Of a stretch of 64,000 nt of DNA, positions 38,801-50,872 are shown piece by piece. The translations under genes and the position numbers were made by a program. The stretch is from the NCBI GenBank assembly GCA_964016885.1, contig OZ024741.1:240746001-240810000 (forward strand), written 5' to 3'. The stretch comes from Eledone cirrhosa. Taxonomy: Eukaryota. The notes beneath the pieces were generated by a model. The model ran no database searches, was not told the DNA's origin, and worked only from the letters and a program-made list of their open reading frames with translations. Within the stretch, counting starts at the first letter, position 1; each line of letters begins with the position of its first letter.

Positions 38801-41510
38801 CTACAACCACTATCATAACCACCACAACCACCAACACTACCACTACAACCACTATCATAACCACCACAACCACCAACACTACCACTACAACCACTATCAT
38901 AACCACCACCACCAACACTACCACTACAACCACTATCATAACCACCACCACCACCAACACTACCACTACAACCACTATCATAATCACCACCACCACCACC
39001 AACACTACCACTACAACCACTATCATAACCACCACCACCACCAACACTACCACTACAACCACTATCATAACCACCACAACCACCAACACTACCACTACAA
39101 CCACTATCATAACCACCACCACCACCAACACTACCACTACAACCACTATCATAACAACCACCACCACCACCAACACTACCACTACAACCACTATCATAAC
39201 CACCACCACCAACACTACCACTACAACCACTATCATAACCACCACCACCACCAACACTACCACTACAACGACTATCATAATCACCACCACCACCACCAAC
39301 ACTACCACTACAACCACTATCATAACCACCACCACCACCAACACTACCACTACAACCACTATCATAACCACCACCACCACCAACACTACAACCACTATCA
39401 TAACCACCACAACCACCAACACTACCACTACAACCACTATCATAACCACCACCACCACCACCAACACTACCACTACAACCACTATCATAACCACCACCAC
39501 CACCAACACTACCACTACAACCACTATCATAACCACCACAACCACCAACACTACCACTACAACCACTATCATAACCACCACCACCACCACCAACACTACC
39601 ACTACAACCACTATCATAACCACCACCACCACCAACACTACCACTACAACCACTATCATAACCACCACCACCACCAACACTACCACTACAACCACTATCA
39701 TAACCACCACACCACCACCAACACTACCACTACAACCACTATCATAACCACCACCACCACCAACACTACCACTACAACCACTATCATAACCACCACCACC
39801 ACCACCACCAACACTACCACTACAACCACTATCATAACCACCACCACCACCAACACTACCACTACAACCACTATCATAACCACCACCACCACCACCACCA
39901 ACACTACAACCACTATCATAACCACCACCACCACCACCAACACTACCACTACAACCACTATCATAACCACCACAACCACCAACACTACCACTACAACCAC
40001 TATCATAACCACCACCACCACCAACACTACCACTACAACCACTATCATAACCACCACCACCACCAACACTACCACTACAACCACTATCATAACCACCACC
40101 ACCACCAACACTACCACTACAACCACTATCATAACCACCACCACCACCACCACCAACACTACAACCACTATCATAACCACCACCACCACCACCAACACTA
40201 CCACTACAACCACTATCATAACCACCACAACCACCAACACTACCACTACAACCACTATCATAACCACCACAACCACCAACACTACCACTACAACCACTAT
40301 CATAACCACCACCACCACCACCAACACTACAACCACTATCATAACCACCACAACCACCAACACTACCACTACAACCACTATCATAACCACCACCACCACC
40401 AACACTACCACTACAACCACTATCATAACCACCACCACCACCACCAACACTACCACTACAACCACTATCATAACCACCACCACCACCAACACTACCACTA
40501 CAACCACTATCATAACAACCACCACCACCACCAACACTACCACTACAACCACTATCATAACCACCACAACCACCAACACTACCACCACTATCATAACCAC
40601 CACCACCACCACCACCAACACTACCACTACAACCACTATCATAACCACCACCACCACCACCACCAACACTACCACTACAACCACTATCATAACCACCACC
40701 ACCACCAACACTACCACTACAACCACTATCATAACCACCACCACCACCACCAACACTACCACTACAACCACTATCATAACCACCACCACCAACACTACCA
40801 CTACAACCACTATCATAACCACCACCAACACTACCACTACAACCACTATCATAACCACCACCACCACCAACACTACCACTACAACCACTATCATAACCAC
40901 CACCGCCCACCAACACTACCACTACAACCACTATCATAACCACCAGACCACCACCAACACTACCACTACAACCACTATCATAACCACCACCACCACCACC
41001 AACACTACCACTACAACCACTATCATAACCACCACCACCAACAACACTACCACTACAACCACTATCATAACCACCACTACCACCAACACTACCACTACAA
41101 CCACTATCATAACCACCACCACCACCAACACTACCACTACAACCACTATCATAACCACCACCACCACCAACACTACCACTACAACCACTATCATAACCAC
41201 CACCAACACTACCACTACAACCACTATCATAACCACCACCACCACCAACACTACCACTACAACCACTATCATAACCACCAGACCACCACCAACACTACCA
41301 CTACAACCACTATCATAACCACCACCACCACCACCAACACTACCACTACAACCACTATCATAACCACCACCACCACCAACACTACCACTACAACCACTAT
41401 CATAACCACCACAACCACCAACACTACCACTACAACCACTATCATAACCACCAGACCACCACCAACACTACCACTACAACCACTATCATAACCACCAGAC
41501 CACCACTACA
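35900..41510. repeat. (CAC)n-derived minisatellite, modal 42-bp unit, ~5.5 kb
   Basis: caccaccaccaccaacactaccactacaaccactatcataac. Confidence 0.97.
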
Positions 41511-41689
41511 GTCATCATCATCATCATCACCATTACTCTGAATAATTTCATTTAAGAAGAAAAAGAACTGATGGACCTCCTCCAAGTTTTTCCTGTGGCA
41601 GTGAGAAATGGCAAATAAACTTACTGGAATATTCTACAGTTGTTGGCTATCCAAACAGCAATATCACTGTACCTACCACCACCACCACC

Positions 41690-42240
41690 ACCACCACCAT
41701 CTCACATACTATCACCACACCACACCAGATAACACCATTCAACACCACAGATATCACACTACACCACTCCATGCCACAGTACATCTGACTACACTACACC
41801 ACACCACACTACACTACACCACTCCACACAACACCATACCGCACTGCACCACACCACATTACACCATATTACCCCACACCACATTACACTACACCATATT
41901 ACACTACACCACATTACACCACATTACACCACACCACATCACACCACACTACACTACACTACACCACACCACACCATACCGCACCGCACCACACCACATT
42001 ACACCATATTACCCCACACCACATTACACTACACCATATTACACTACACCACATTACACCACACCACATTACACCACACCACATCACACCACACAACACT
42101 ACACTGCACCACACCACACTATATCTCACAACACTACACCTCACCACACCACACTACACCACACCACATTACACCACACCACATTACACAACACTACACT
42201 ACACCACACTACACCACACCACACTACACCACACCACCAT
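41690..42240. repeat. (CACAC/TACAC)n pentanucleotide repeat
   Basis: Direct inspection. Confidence 0.9.
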
Positions 42241-42319
42241 GTGTGTCTGATGGTAGTTGAGATGCTTCCATAGGCGGTATGCCAGTTGAGCACTCTATGT
42301 TCTTACAGAGCAGAGTGTG

Positions 42320-42695
42320 ATATAATATAAAACGAAAAATCAGTGATGCATCACAACTCAATTTATTGTGTTACAATTGTTTCCCCGGCAGACAGCTCGC
42401 AACGTGATCATTGTGTGAATCTGTCTGATTCTGGATCCACAGGTTCGACGGACACGTCTAATGATTTTGGAGCAAATTCCTTCACTGAATATAATTTAAC
42501 TGTGATTTGTGGTTTGGCATACATGTCACTGAAGGAATTTGCTCTGAAATCATTAGACGTGTCCATCGAACCTGCAGATCCAGAATCAGACAGATCCACA
42601 CAATGATCGTGCCTCAAGCTGTCCGCCGGTGAAACAATTGTAACACACAATAAATTGAGTTCAGATGCATCACTGATTTTTCGTTTTATATTATA

Positions 42696-42696
<1 letters not shown>
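42320..42696. mobile_element. Fold-back/MITE-like element, ~165-bp imperfect arms, ~45-bp spacer
   Basis: tataatataaaacgaaaaatcagtgatgcatc...gatgcatcactgatttttcgttttatattata; TA-rich ends. Confidence 0.8.
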
Positions 42697-42739
<43 letters not shown>

Positions 42740-42746
<7 letters not shown>

Positions 42747-43085
42747 ATGATATTAACAAATGGAAACTATATTTATAAAACCATATTTATTCTATTATAT
42801 AAGGAATGGGACCTTAACAGTTCAAGTTTTACTATCCAAGTAAAACTTGAACCGTTAAGGTCTCATTCCTGGATATGTCAAACTTTGTATTTTATCTGAT
42901 GAGTGCGTACCAAAGTTTTGGTACCCTTGAAATATATATAATAGAATAAATATTGTTTTATAAATATAGTTTCCATTCATTAATATCATTGATATTATAC
43001 TCCAGAAAATCTGTTGAGTGCTTCGAATCAGTTATAAATATATATATTTGTTGAATTACCAACAAATTAAATATCCCTTTGCTTA
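42740..43085 (+). mobile_element. HHR-bearing PLE-derived element with inverted 5' arm and internal hairpin
   Basis: 42741-42801 is the inverse of 42935-42995; hairpin at 42802-42870; (TA)n on both sides. Confidence 0.75.
42888..42948 (+). ncRNA. Minimal type I hammerhead ribozyme
   Basis: UAUUUUAU-CUGAUGA-GUGCGUACCAAA GU UUUGGUACCCUU-GAAA-UAUAUA-UA^AUAGAAUA. Confidence 0.72.
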
Positions 43086-43399
43086 TATATATATATATAT
43101 ATATATAAGAACAACAAGAAGAACAATATATATATATCAGAAGAAGAACAACAATAACAATAATAATAATGATATTAAGAATAGAACCCCAGAACAACTC
43201 ACAAGAGCCAGTAACATAATACACATAAGCACACCCCTGCCAGACTCTCCCACCAGGTTCTACACCCCAGCTATATAATACATTATACCCCACTAAATGG
43301 TATTGTTAGGGATAAGATTCAATATACATAACTCATATTTGTATAAAAACAATATACAACTGAACTTACTTTACATCCTAAATAGACTTCATGAACTCA

Positions 43400-44850
43400 T
43401 AAACATAACTACAACTCTTGTTTAGACATCAATTACTTAGCATAATAACTGTTTATACATCAATTTCTACTCGCTAGATACCATAACAACTGTTTATACA
43501 TCAATTTCTACTCTATATAGCTAGTTACCATAACAACAACTCTTGTTTAGACATATAGACATCACTATCTACTCTATATAGCTAGTTACCATAACTACAA
43601 CTCTTGTTTAGACATATAGACATCACTATCTACTCTATATAGCTAGTTACCATAACAACAACTCTTGTTTAGACATATATACATCACTATCTACTCTATA
43701 TAGCTAGTTACCATAACAGCAACTCTTGTTTAGACATATAGACATCACTATCTACTCTATATAGCTAGTTACCATAACAACAACTCTTGTTTAGACATAT
43801 AGACATCACTATCTACTCTATATAGCTAGTTACCATAACTACAACTCTTGTTTAGACATATAGACATCACTATCTACTCTATATAGCTAGTTACCATAAC
43901 AACAACTCTTGTTTAGATATATAGACATCACTATCTACTCTATATAGCTAGTTACCATAACAACAACTCTTGTATAGACATATAGACATCACTATCTACT
44001 CTATATAGCTAGTTACCATAACAACAACTCTTGTTTAGACATATAGACATCACTATCTACTCTATATAGCTAGTTACCATAACAACAACTCTTGTTTAGA
44101 CATATAGACATCACTATCTACTCTATATAGCTAGTTACCATAACAACAACTCTTGTTTAGACATATAGACATCACTATCTACTCTATATAGCTAGTTACC
44201 ATAACTACAACTCTTGTTTAGACATATAGACATCACTATCTACTCTATATAGCTAGTTACCATAACAACAACTCTTGTTTAGACATATAGACATCACTAT
44301 CTACTGTAGCTAGTTACCATAACAACAACTCTTGTTTAGACATATATACATCACTATCTACTCTATATAGCTAGTTACCATAACAACAACTCTTGTTTAG
44401 ACATATAGACATCACTATCTACTCTATATAGCTAGTTACCATAACAACAACTCTTGTTTAGACATATAGACATCACTATCTACTCTATATAGCTAGTTAC
44501 CATAACAACAACTCTTGTTTAGACATATAGACATCACTATCTACTGTAGCTAGTTACCATAACAACAACTCTTGTTTAGACATAGACATCACTTTCTACT
44601 CTATATAGCTAGTTACCATAACAACAACTCTTGTTTAGACATATAGACATCACTATCTACTCTATATAGCTAGTTACTATAACCACAGCAACTGTTTATA
44701 CATCACTTTCTATTCTATATAGCTAGCTACCATAGCAACAACTACTACTTATGCAGCACTTTCTACTCTATATAGCTAGTTACCATAGCAACAACAACAG
44801 CTGTTTAGACATCACTTTCTACTCTATATAGCTAGCTACCATAGCAACTT
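43400..44850. repeat. 61-bp minisatellite with degenerate outer units
   Basis: atagctagttaccataacaacaactcttgtttagacatatagacatcactatctactctat. Confidence 0.95.
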
Positions 44851-45290
44851 TATACATCACCTTATAATCTATACACCTAGTTACACAACTGAAATAGCTA
44901 CCCTGATAAAAGACAACACACCACACAATAGAAATATTATTCAGTGTGGCTACTAAATGACTTAATAACAAAGAAAGATAGAAAACTGACAACATTTGTT
45001 TCCGATGCAAACTTTACTTGGATAAGTGTTTTCTGTTATAGGCTTAGATTGACCAATATTTTGTGAGTCAAATTTGGTAGAGGAAAACTGTGTAGAAGCT
45101 CATCGGAAGGGAATGGACTTAGGCTATGAAAACATAATTTTTGTCTGTTTCCTTCTCTTTAAATTGGATTGCCTCAGAAATGTAACCTTATTACATTAGA
45201 TGCTGTCTGGTGATATTGTGTGACTGGTTGTATGATTGAACAATCACGTAACCATGATCACCATTGAAATATGCTCCCCCCCCCCCCCCC

Positions 45291-45568
45291 CACCGCAAGG
45301 TGGTTGTGGAGGTGCCACGGCAAAAAAGCACCCAGCCCACAATGTAAAGTGGACGTGTAGGTGCCACGAAAAAGCACCCAGCACTCACTGTAAATGAGGT
45401 TGGTGTTAGGAAGGGCATCCAGCTGTAGAAATCAAGCCAAATCAGTTCCTGTATGAGCAAGGCATGGTCAGCCGATCAGACACTGCCCACAACAGGACAA
45501 CCTGTCTAACCCATGTTAGCGTGGAAGAACGGACGTAAAACGGTGATGATGATGATGATGATGATGAT
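45291..45568 (+). mobile_element. RTE 3' UTR / SINE tail fragment
   Basis: Same as 14736-15005; (GAT)n end. Confidence 0.8.
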
Positions 45569-45662
45569 CACAGCTTTGTTAATAAAGGGTTTTTAAACAT
45601 CTACACAGATCTTCACATTTTCCTTATTCGCCGCCCCCCGTCTCTCTCTCTATATATATATG

Positions 45663-45701
<39 letters not shown>

Positions 45702-47169
45702 GTGGATTCATGTATATGTGTGAGTATCCATGTTTGTACTGTTTAACAGTTCAACAAATAGAGATAAATATGATAAGTACAAGTATTGGAGTTGATATGG
45801 TTGATTTATCTTTGATGGTGGTACCCCAGCATGTCAGTAATCTAATGACTGAATCCAGTAAAAGAATTAAAGAATATAAAACAAGCAATAAAACATCATA
45901 CAACAATTCTAAAAACAACATCATATCAAATGTTTCAATAACACTTGAATAACATAGCTACTCTCTAACAGCAAACATCAAAAATTCTTTAAAAATCAGT
46001 CATGAAATCATGAAAAAGGTGAAGAGGAAATAGGATTGTAAAGCATAAAGCATATACTTTCTACTTAGATGGGCTTCTTGATTTGTCCCTTTCGTTAAAT
46101 ATGAGAAAGATAATAGCAAAATCCTCAAAACATAAATTTCAGAGGGCTCAACCAAATTACAAACATAACCCCTAAAATACCTAAGGCCTGAAGTAATTAT
46201 TCCACTTACCAATAAAAAAAAGTTAAAGTTTGTCTCAAGCCCAATGGTTATCCAAGTTTCATCAGTGTTAAGTGACTGAGAGTACAAAACTACCACCTTG
46301 ATAGGACACTAGTTCAATGAAAAGTTAACTCCCAGTTACTGTTAATCCTCGTTTTTAACTGTGTGTACTGGAGCAACATGAAATGAAGTGTTTTTCTCAG
46401 GAACATGATGCACCACCCAGCTCAGGAATTGAGCCCAAAACATTATGACTGGAAGTCCAACACCCTAACCAGTAAGCCATGTGGCTTTACTCACCAATTC
46501 CATCGACTATTTCTTCCAAAATTAACAGACCACCAGAATTCATAAACAACCAAATAATCCCAATATGAAAAAAGCCTGGATGACCTCACAATTTATCTGT
46601 TCTGAAGTGATAAGTCCTAATTAAGGGTTGGACCTGCAGCAATGGTTTCTTCAGTGGCAACCTGGTTAAAACAGCATCAGCCCCCTCCCCTCCTGAATTT
46701 AACGTTTACTGCCAAAATACTGGCTGCTCTCTTATAGGTTTCTCTTTGAACCTTTAACTGTGGAAATATTTGGCATCCAGCAACTCACCTCACTCTTCCC
46801 CTTCCACACATGCTTTGATCTGGGTATAGATGGTTATCTGTAAAAATGAGCATGGCTCCCTTACTATTTGTCAGGGTAACACATTCACTATTTTGTCTGC
46901 CAAGTTCAGAATTGCTGGAGGTGGTGCAGTAATGTGCCAGCTTCAGTACTTGATCATCAGAAGAATTGAAGGTAGGTATAAAAGCCCAAATCGCTATCTC
47001 TGATTAGGTATTCGGGACTGCCCTTACCGGTCATGAATCTTGGGTAATGACTAAATGAATAAAATTGCCAATACCAGTGGCTGAAATGGAGCTCCACTAT
47101 GGGGTCTTTGATAGGTTTTATAGTTCACAGATCGGGGAGTCATTTCAAGTAGAACCACTACCTTGAGAG

Positions 47170-47420
47170 ATCACAGCTCTGGTACTATGGACATGGTTAG
47201 AATGTCAAAAAAAAAGAATTGTTGGTCAGATTTTACAGGCAAATCCAACCAACAGGAGACCAAAAGGGAGATCATGAACAAGATGGTTGGATAACATCCT
47301 TGAGCTTGATTGATCTTACTTGGGGTTCAGTTGGATCATTTGGAGACAGTTGCTTCTGATAGGACCCTCTGGAAGGCATATCTGAGGACTCAGCTTCGAC
47401 AACCCTTCAAGGAATAAGTT
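47170..47420 (+). mobile_element. Degraded RTE LINE C-terminus
   Basis: YYGHG.., RIVGQILQANPTNRRPKGR..RWLDNI, VASDRTLWKA. Confidence 0.6.
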
Positions 47421-47524
47421 ATTGTCAAAGAAGGGGGATGAGGAAGAAGGAGGATGAGGAGGAGGAGGAGGAAGAAGAAGAAGAAGAGAAGAAAGTTCTC
47501 GAAACATTTTTAGGACTGTTATAT

Positions 47525-47711
47525 AATTGTTTCTACTTTAGGCACAAGGCCAGCAATTACCCAGTGCATTACTGGTACTTTATTTTATCGACCCCGTAAG
47601 GATGAAAGGCAAAGTCAACCTCGGCGGGATTTGAACTCAGATCGTAAAGGGACATAACTATGCTGAAAAGCATGGCGTCCGACCCTCTACCGATACTGCC
47701 AATCCACCGCC
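47525..47711 (-). mobile_element. SINE family B with 16-bp target-site duplication
   Basis: aggactgttatataat at 47512-47527 and 47719-47734. Confidence 0.9.
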
Positions 47712-48400
47712 TTTTAACAGGACTGTTATATAATGGTTTCTAATTTAGGCTGGAAGCCAGGAAATCTAATGGTCTCAGTACTTGACTGGTACTTTATTTT
47801 ATTGATTCTGAAATGTTAAAAGGCAAAGTTGATCTCAGCAGGATTTAAACTCAGATTGTAAAGAGCTGAAACATATATGATAAGTATTTGTCTGATGCCC
47901 AAATATTTCTGTCAATCCACCACTGTGACAATAAAATCATTTTTATTATCTTAATAAGAAAGATAGTTAAGTATTCCTTGAAAATAAATTTCACAACACA
48001 TATTTCATTGGCAAAAGATAATTTTCCCTTCTTCTGGCATGATGTTGTACATGTACATGTACATGTACAATCTGTTGTCCATTCAATTTTAGTCATAAAT
48101 GTTCATGTATCTCTTTTACTTGAAAGACATTCATAAATTGTTCCTGTCTATTTTTTGTTTTGTCTATATGTGTTATGTAACTGTGCTGATATATTATATA
48201 TATATATATATATATAGTGAAAAAAAGTGTAGACGTTTATATAAAGAAAAAGATAATAAAAGAAAATGCACCTTATATATATAACATGAACAAAACGTTG
48301 GTGTTTAGCGAGCTTGCTTTCTCTTTACATTTTCATAAACATCTTTTTGAGTTGTACTTTTGTTGTTTTTCGACCACGTGGTTTCGCTCGCTATATATAT

Positions 48401-48692
48401 ATCATCATCATTTTACGTCCACTTTTCCCTGCTTGCAAGGGTGGGACAGGAACTGATTCTGGCTTGATTTCTACAGCTGGATGCCCTTCCTAACACCAAC
48501 CTCATTTACAGTGAGTGCTGGGTGCTTTTTTGCCGTGGCACCTCCACGTCCACTTTGCAGTGGAATGATAGGGATTCCAGTCTCTATCATCTCATTTCTA
48601 CAGCTGAGTAAACTAGAGCAATGTGAAATAAAGTGTCTTGCTCAAGGAAACAACACATCACCCGGTCTGAGAATTGAACTCACAACCTTTCG
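48401..48692 (-). mobile_element. SINE family A, 5'-truncated
   Basis: Reverse complement of 35050-35340. Confidence 0.88.
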
Positions 48693-48742
<50 letters not shown>

Positions 48743-48909
48743 AGAGGTATGCTAGGAGCCAAAGTGTATGATAAAGTAATATCTGTATAAATACACAGGG
48801 TGTAACCATGATTACACCAATGTTTATAAATATTTACACAGATCTAATATGTAGGTATGTAAACATGCCAGAAAATATGAATTTCTCTGTTAATTGAAAA
48901 AAATGAAAA

Positions 48910-48958
48910 AAATCTTTAATCGATTTTCGGATCTTATTGGACCCTCATCAGAAGACTT
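48910..48958 (-). ncRNA. Minimal type I hammerhead ribozyme, full core consensus
   Basis: AAGUCUU-CUGAUGA-GGGUC CAAUAA GAUCC-GAAA-AUCGAU-UA^AAGAUUU: 7-bp stem I, 5-bp stem II, palindromic UCGA loop on stem III. Confidence 0.8.
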
Positions 48959-49333
48959 GTATATCATCCAATCAACCACAATGAAACATGTATTTGATGG
49001 GTTTATATACCCATTTGCTCATGGTATTATTTTGAAATGGACATAATAATTTGCATATTAGTGCACATGTTGGTAATTAATTTATATAGTAAAAAGTGCA
49101 CGAAGTAGACCATTACTCACCAGAGTACTCAATACTTGGGGTAGTAGAGTATGAGTATAAGAAAGAGTTGGGATCATGACAGTTGAGCTTGCATGAAATA
49201 GCAAGAGCTCAGCTGTCGGGGTCCTCACTCTTTCTTATATATATATATAAAAGACAAACAGAAATAACAACACAATCAGTACAGTATATGGAAGGAATAT
49301 ATTGGGTTAATGCTTGAAATTGCAGGAAGAGGG

Positions 49334-49369
49334 TCTTAACATTTCGGACGCTAGTCCTTCATCAGAAGA
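49334..49369 (-). ncRNA. Ultra-minimal hammerhead-like motif
   Basis: UCUU-CUGAUGA-A-GGAC UAGC GUCC-GAAA-UGUU-AAGA. Confidence 0.65.
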
Positions 49370-49939
49370 AAGAATGAGAAATTAGATAGATTGAAAGGAT
49401 GGGCAGGCACATGGTTATTTATTTATAAGCTATATCTGCCTTCCCATCTAACTCCAGCACGATGTTCCTAGCTAAGCTTAACAACACATGAGTTCATTTT
49501 CAATTCAAGCTCCCCATGGATAGTATTATTTTATAGCACTAAAAGACCATTATCATAAATTTGCTAATTATCTGGTATATATATATTATATTTTTTTCTT
49601 ACTCTGAAACTATAGGTAGGAAATTAATTGTAATGTCAGTGAAAATTTCTGTCTTGTTTACTTTCCTGCCTGATGTATTACAAAATATAATTATTGTTGA
49701 TTCTGTAATATTGTATGAGTATGCTCGGAATTATGGTATTTTCACATCTGATTCTCATCGAGCTTTTATGGTACAACTAAATCAAGATGATCTTATTTCA
49801 ATTGATATCTGTGTGTGTGTGTGCATATGTATATATCTATCTATCTATCTCTCTATATATAGTTGAACAAAACACAGGAGACAATTGTACACAGTTATAT
49901 TAGGTTCATGCTTGGTATATATAATAATAATGATAATAA

Positions 49940-50057
49940 TAATAATAATGAAATTATTGTGTACAGTGCTCAGGTGCACTACAACTCATCAAAGGTGGAT
50001 GTATAGTACATAGAATAATGTACAAATGTCAGGAAAATGAACAGTGTATGAGTCATG

Positions 50058-50093
<36 letters not shown>

Positions 50094-50295
50094 AATATTG
50101 TGAACAGTGCCCAGGTGCACCACAACTCATCAAAAAGTGCATGTACAGTACATAGGGCAATGCACAAACATCAGTAAAATGAACAGTGCACGAGTCATGA
50201 TACACACATGTGTGCATGTGTATGGAAGGGGTACATCAGGTGTAGCCTTGGCGTATTTCGGGAAGCATGAGTGTCTTAAAGGATGCAGTGTCTAT
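49940..50295 (-). mobile_element. Two tandem 3'-end fragments of the CR1-type LINE
   Basis: gtacagtgctcaggtgcactacaactcatcaaagg with (AAT)n, twice; matches 31090-31290. Confidence 0.85.
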
Positions 50296-50324
50296 GCGTG
50301 AATGCATGCATGCATGTGTGTGTT

Positions 50325-50640
50325 ATGCATATGATAGATGACAGTTGTATAAAGAAGTGCAGAAAAAATCTCAGTGAATGGGATTCATGGAAGAGGTAGA
50401 CCTAGAAAGACATGGGATGAAGTAGTGAAGACTGTATTTATGAAGCTGAATCTCACCACAGACATGATAAAAGACTGTGAGGATTGGTGAAAACTCATCT
50501 GCCAGCATAAGTGTGTAACCTAACTCACCTGCATCCCTGCCACACCATTGCTCCTTACTAACTATTCTCACCAACAGTGTACATCCACTTTACACAGGAT
50601 CACCCCACCCTTTCCCTCAATCTCATCACCCTGTCAAACT
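50325..50640 (+). mobile_element. Older RTE LINE 3' fragment
   Basis: DDSCIKKCR..HGRGRPRKTWDEVVK. Confidence 0.7.
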
Positions 50641-50672
50641 CCGCCACACCGTTCCTTTATATATATATATAA

Positions 50673-50861
50673 TTATTTCTACTTTTGGCACAAGGCCAGC
50701 AATTATCCCAGTGTATTACTGGTACTTTATTTTATCGACCCCGTAAGGATGAAAGGCAAAGTTAACCCTGGGGGGATTTGAACTCAGACCATAAAGGGCC
50801 GTAACTCTATGCGTCAAAGCATGGCGTCCGACCCTCTACTGATACTGCCAGTCCACCGCCC
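50673..50861 (-). mobile_element. SINE family B, full length
   Basis: Reverse complement of family B. Confidence 0.9.
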
Positions 50862-50872
50862 TATATATATAT

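Noticed and set aside
35877-41318. 1813-aa His-rich/Thr-rich ORF and its Gly/Val-rich antisense
   Set aside because: 42-bp minisatellite; the repeat changes frame near 39710 and 40905, arguing against coding constraint
48371-48392. Minus-strand GAAACCACGUGGUC half-hammerhead next to (TA)n
   Set aside because: Only stem III and GUC, no CUGANGA; fits the truncation pattern but too short to call
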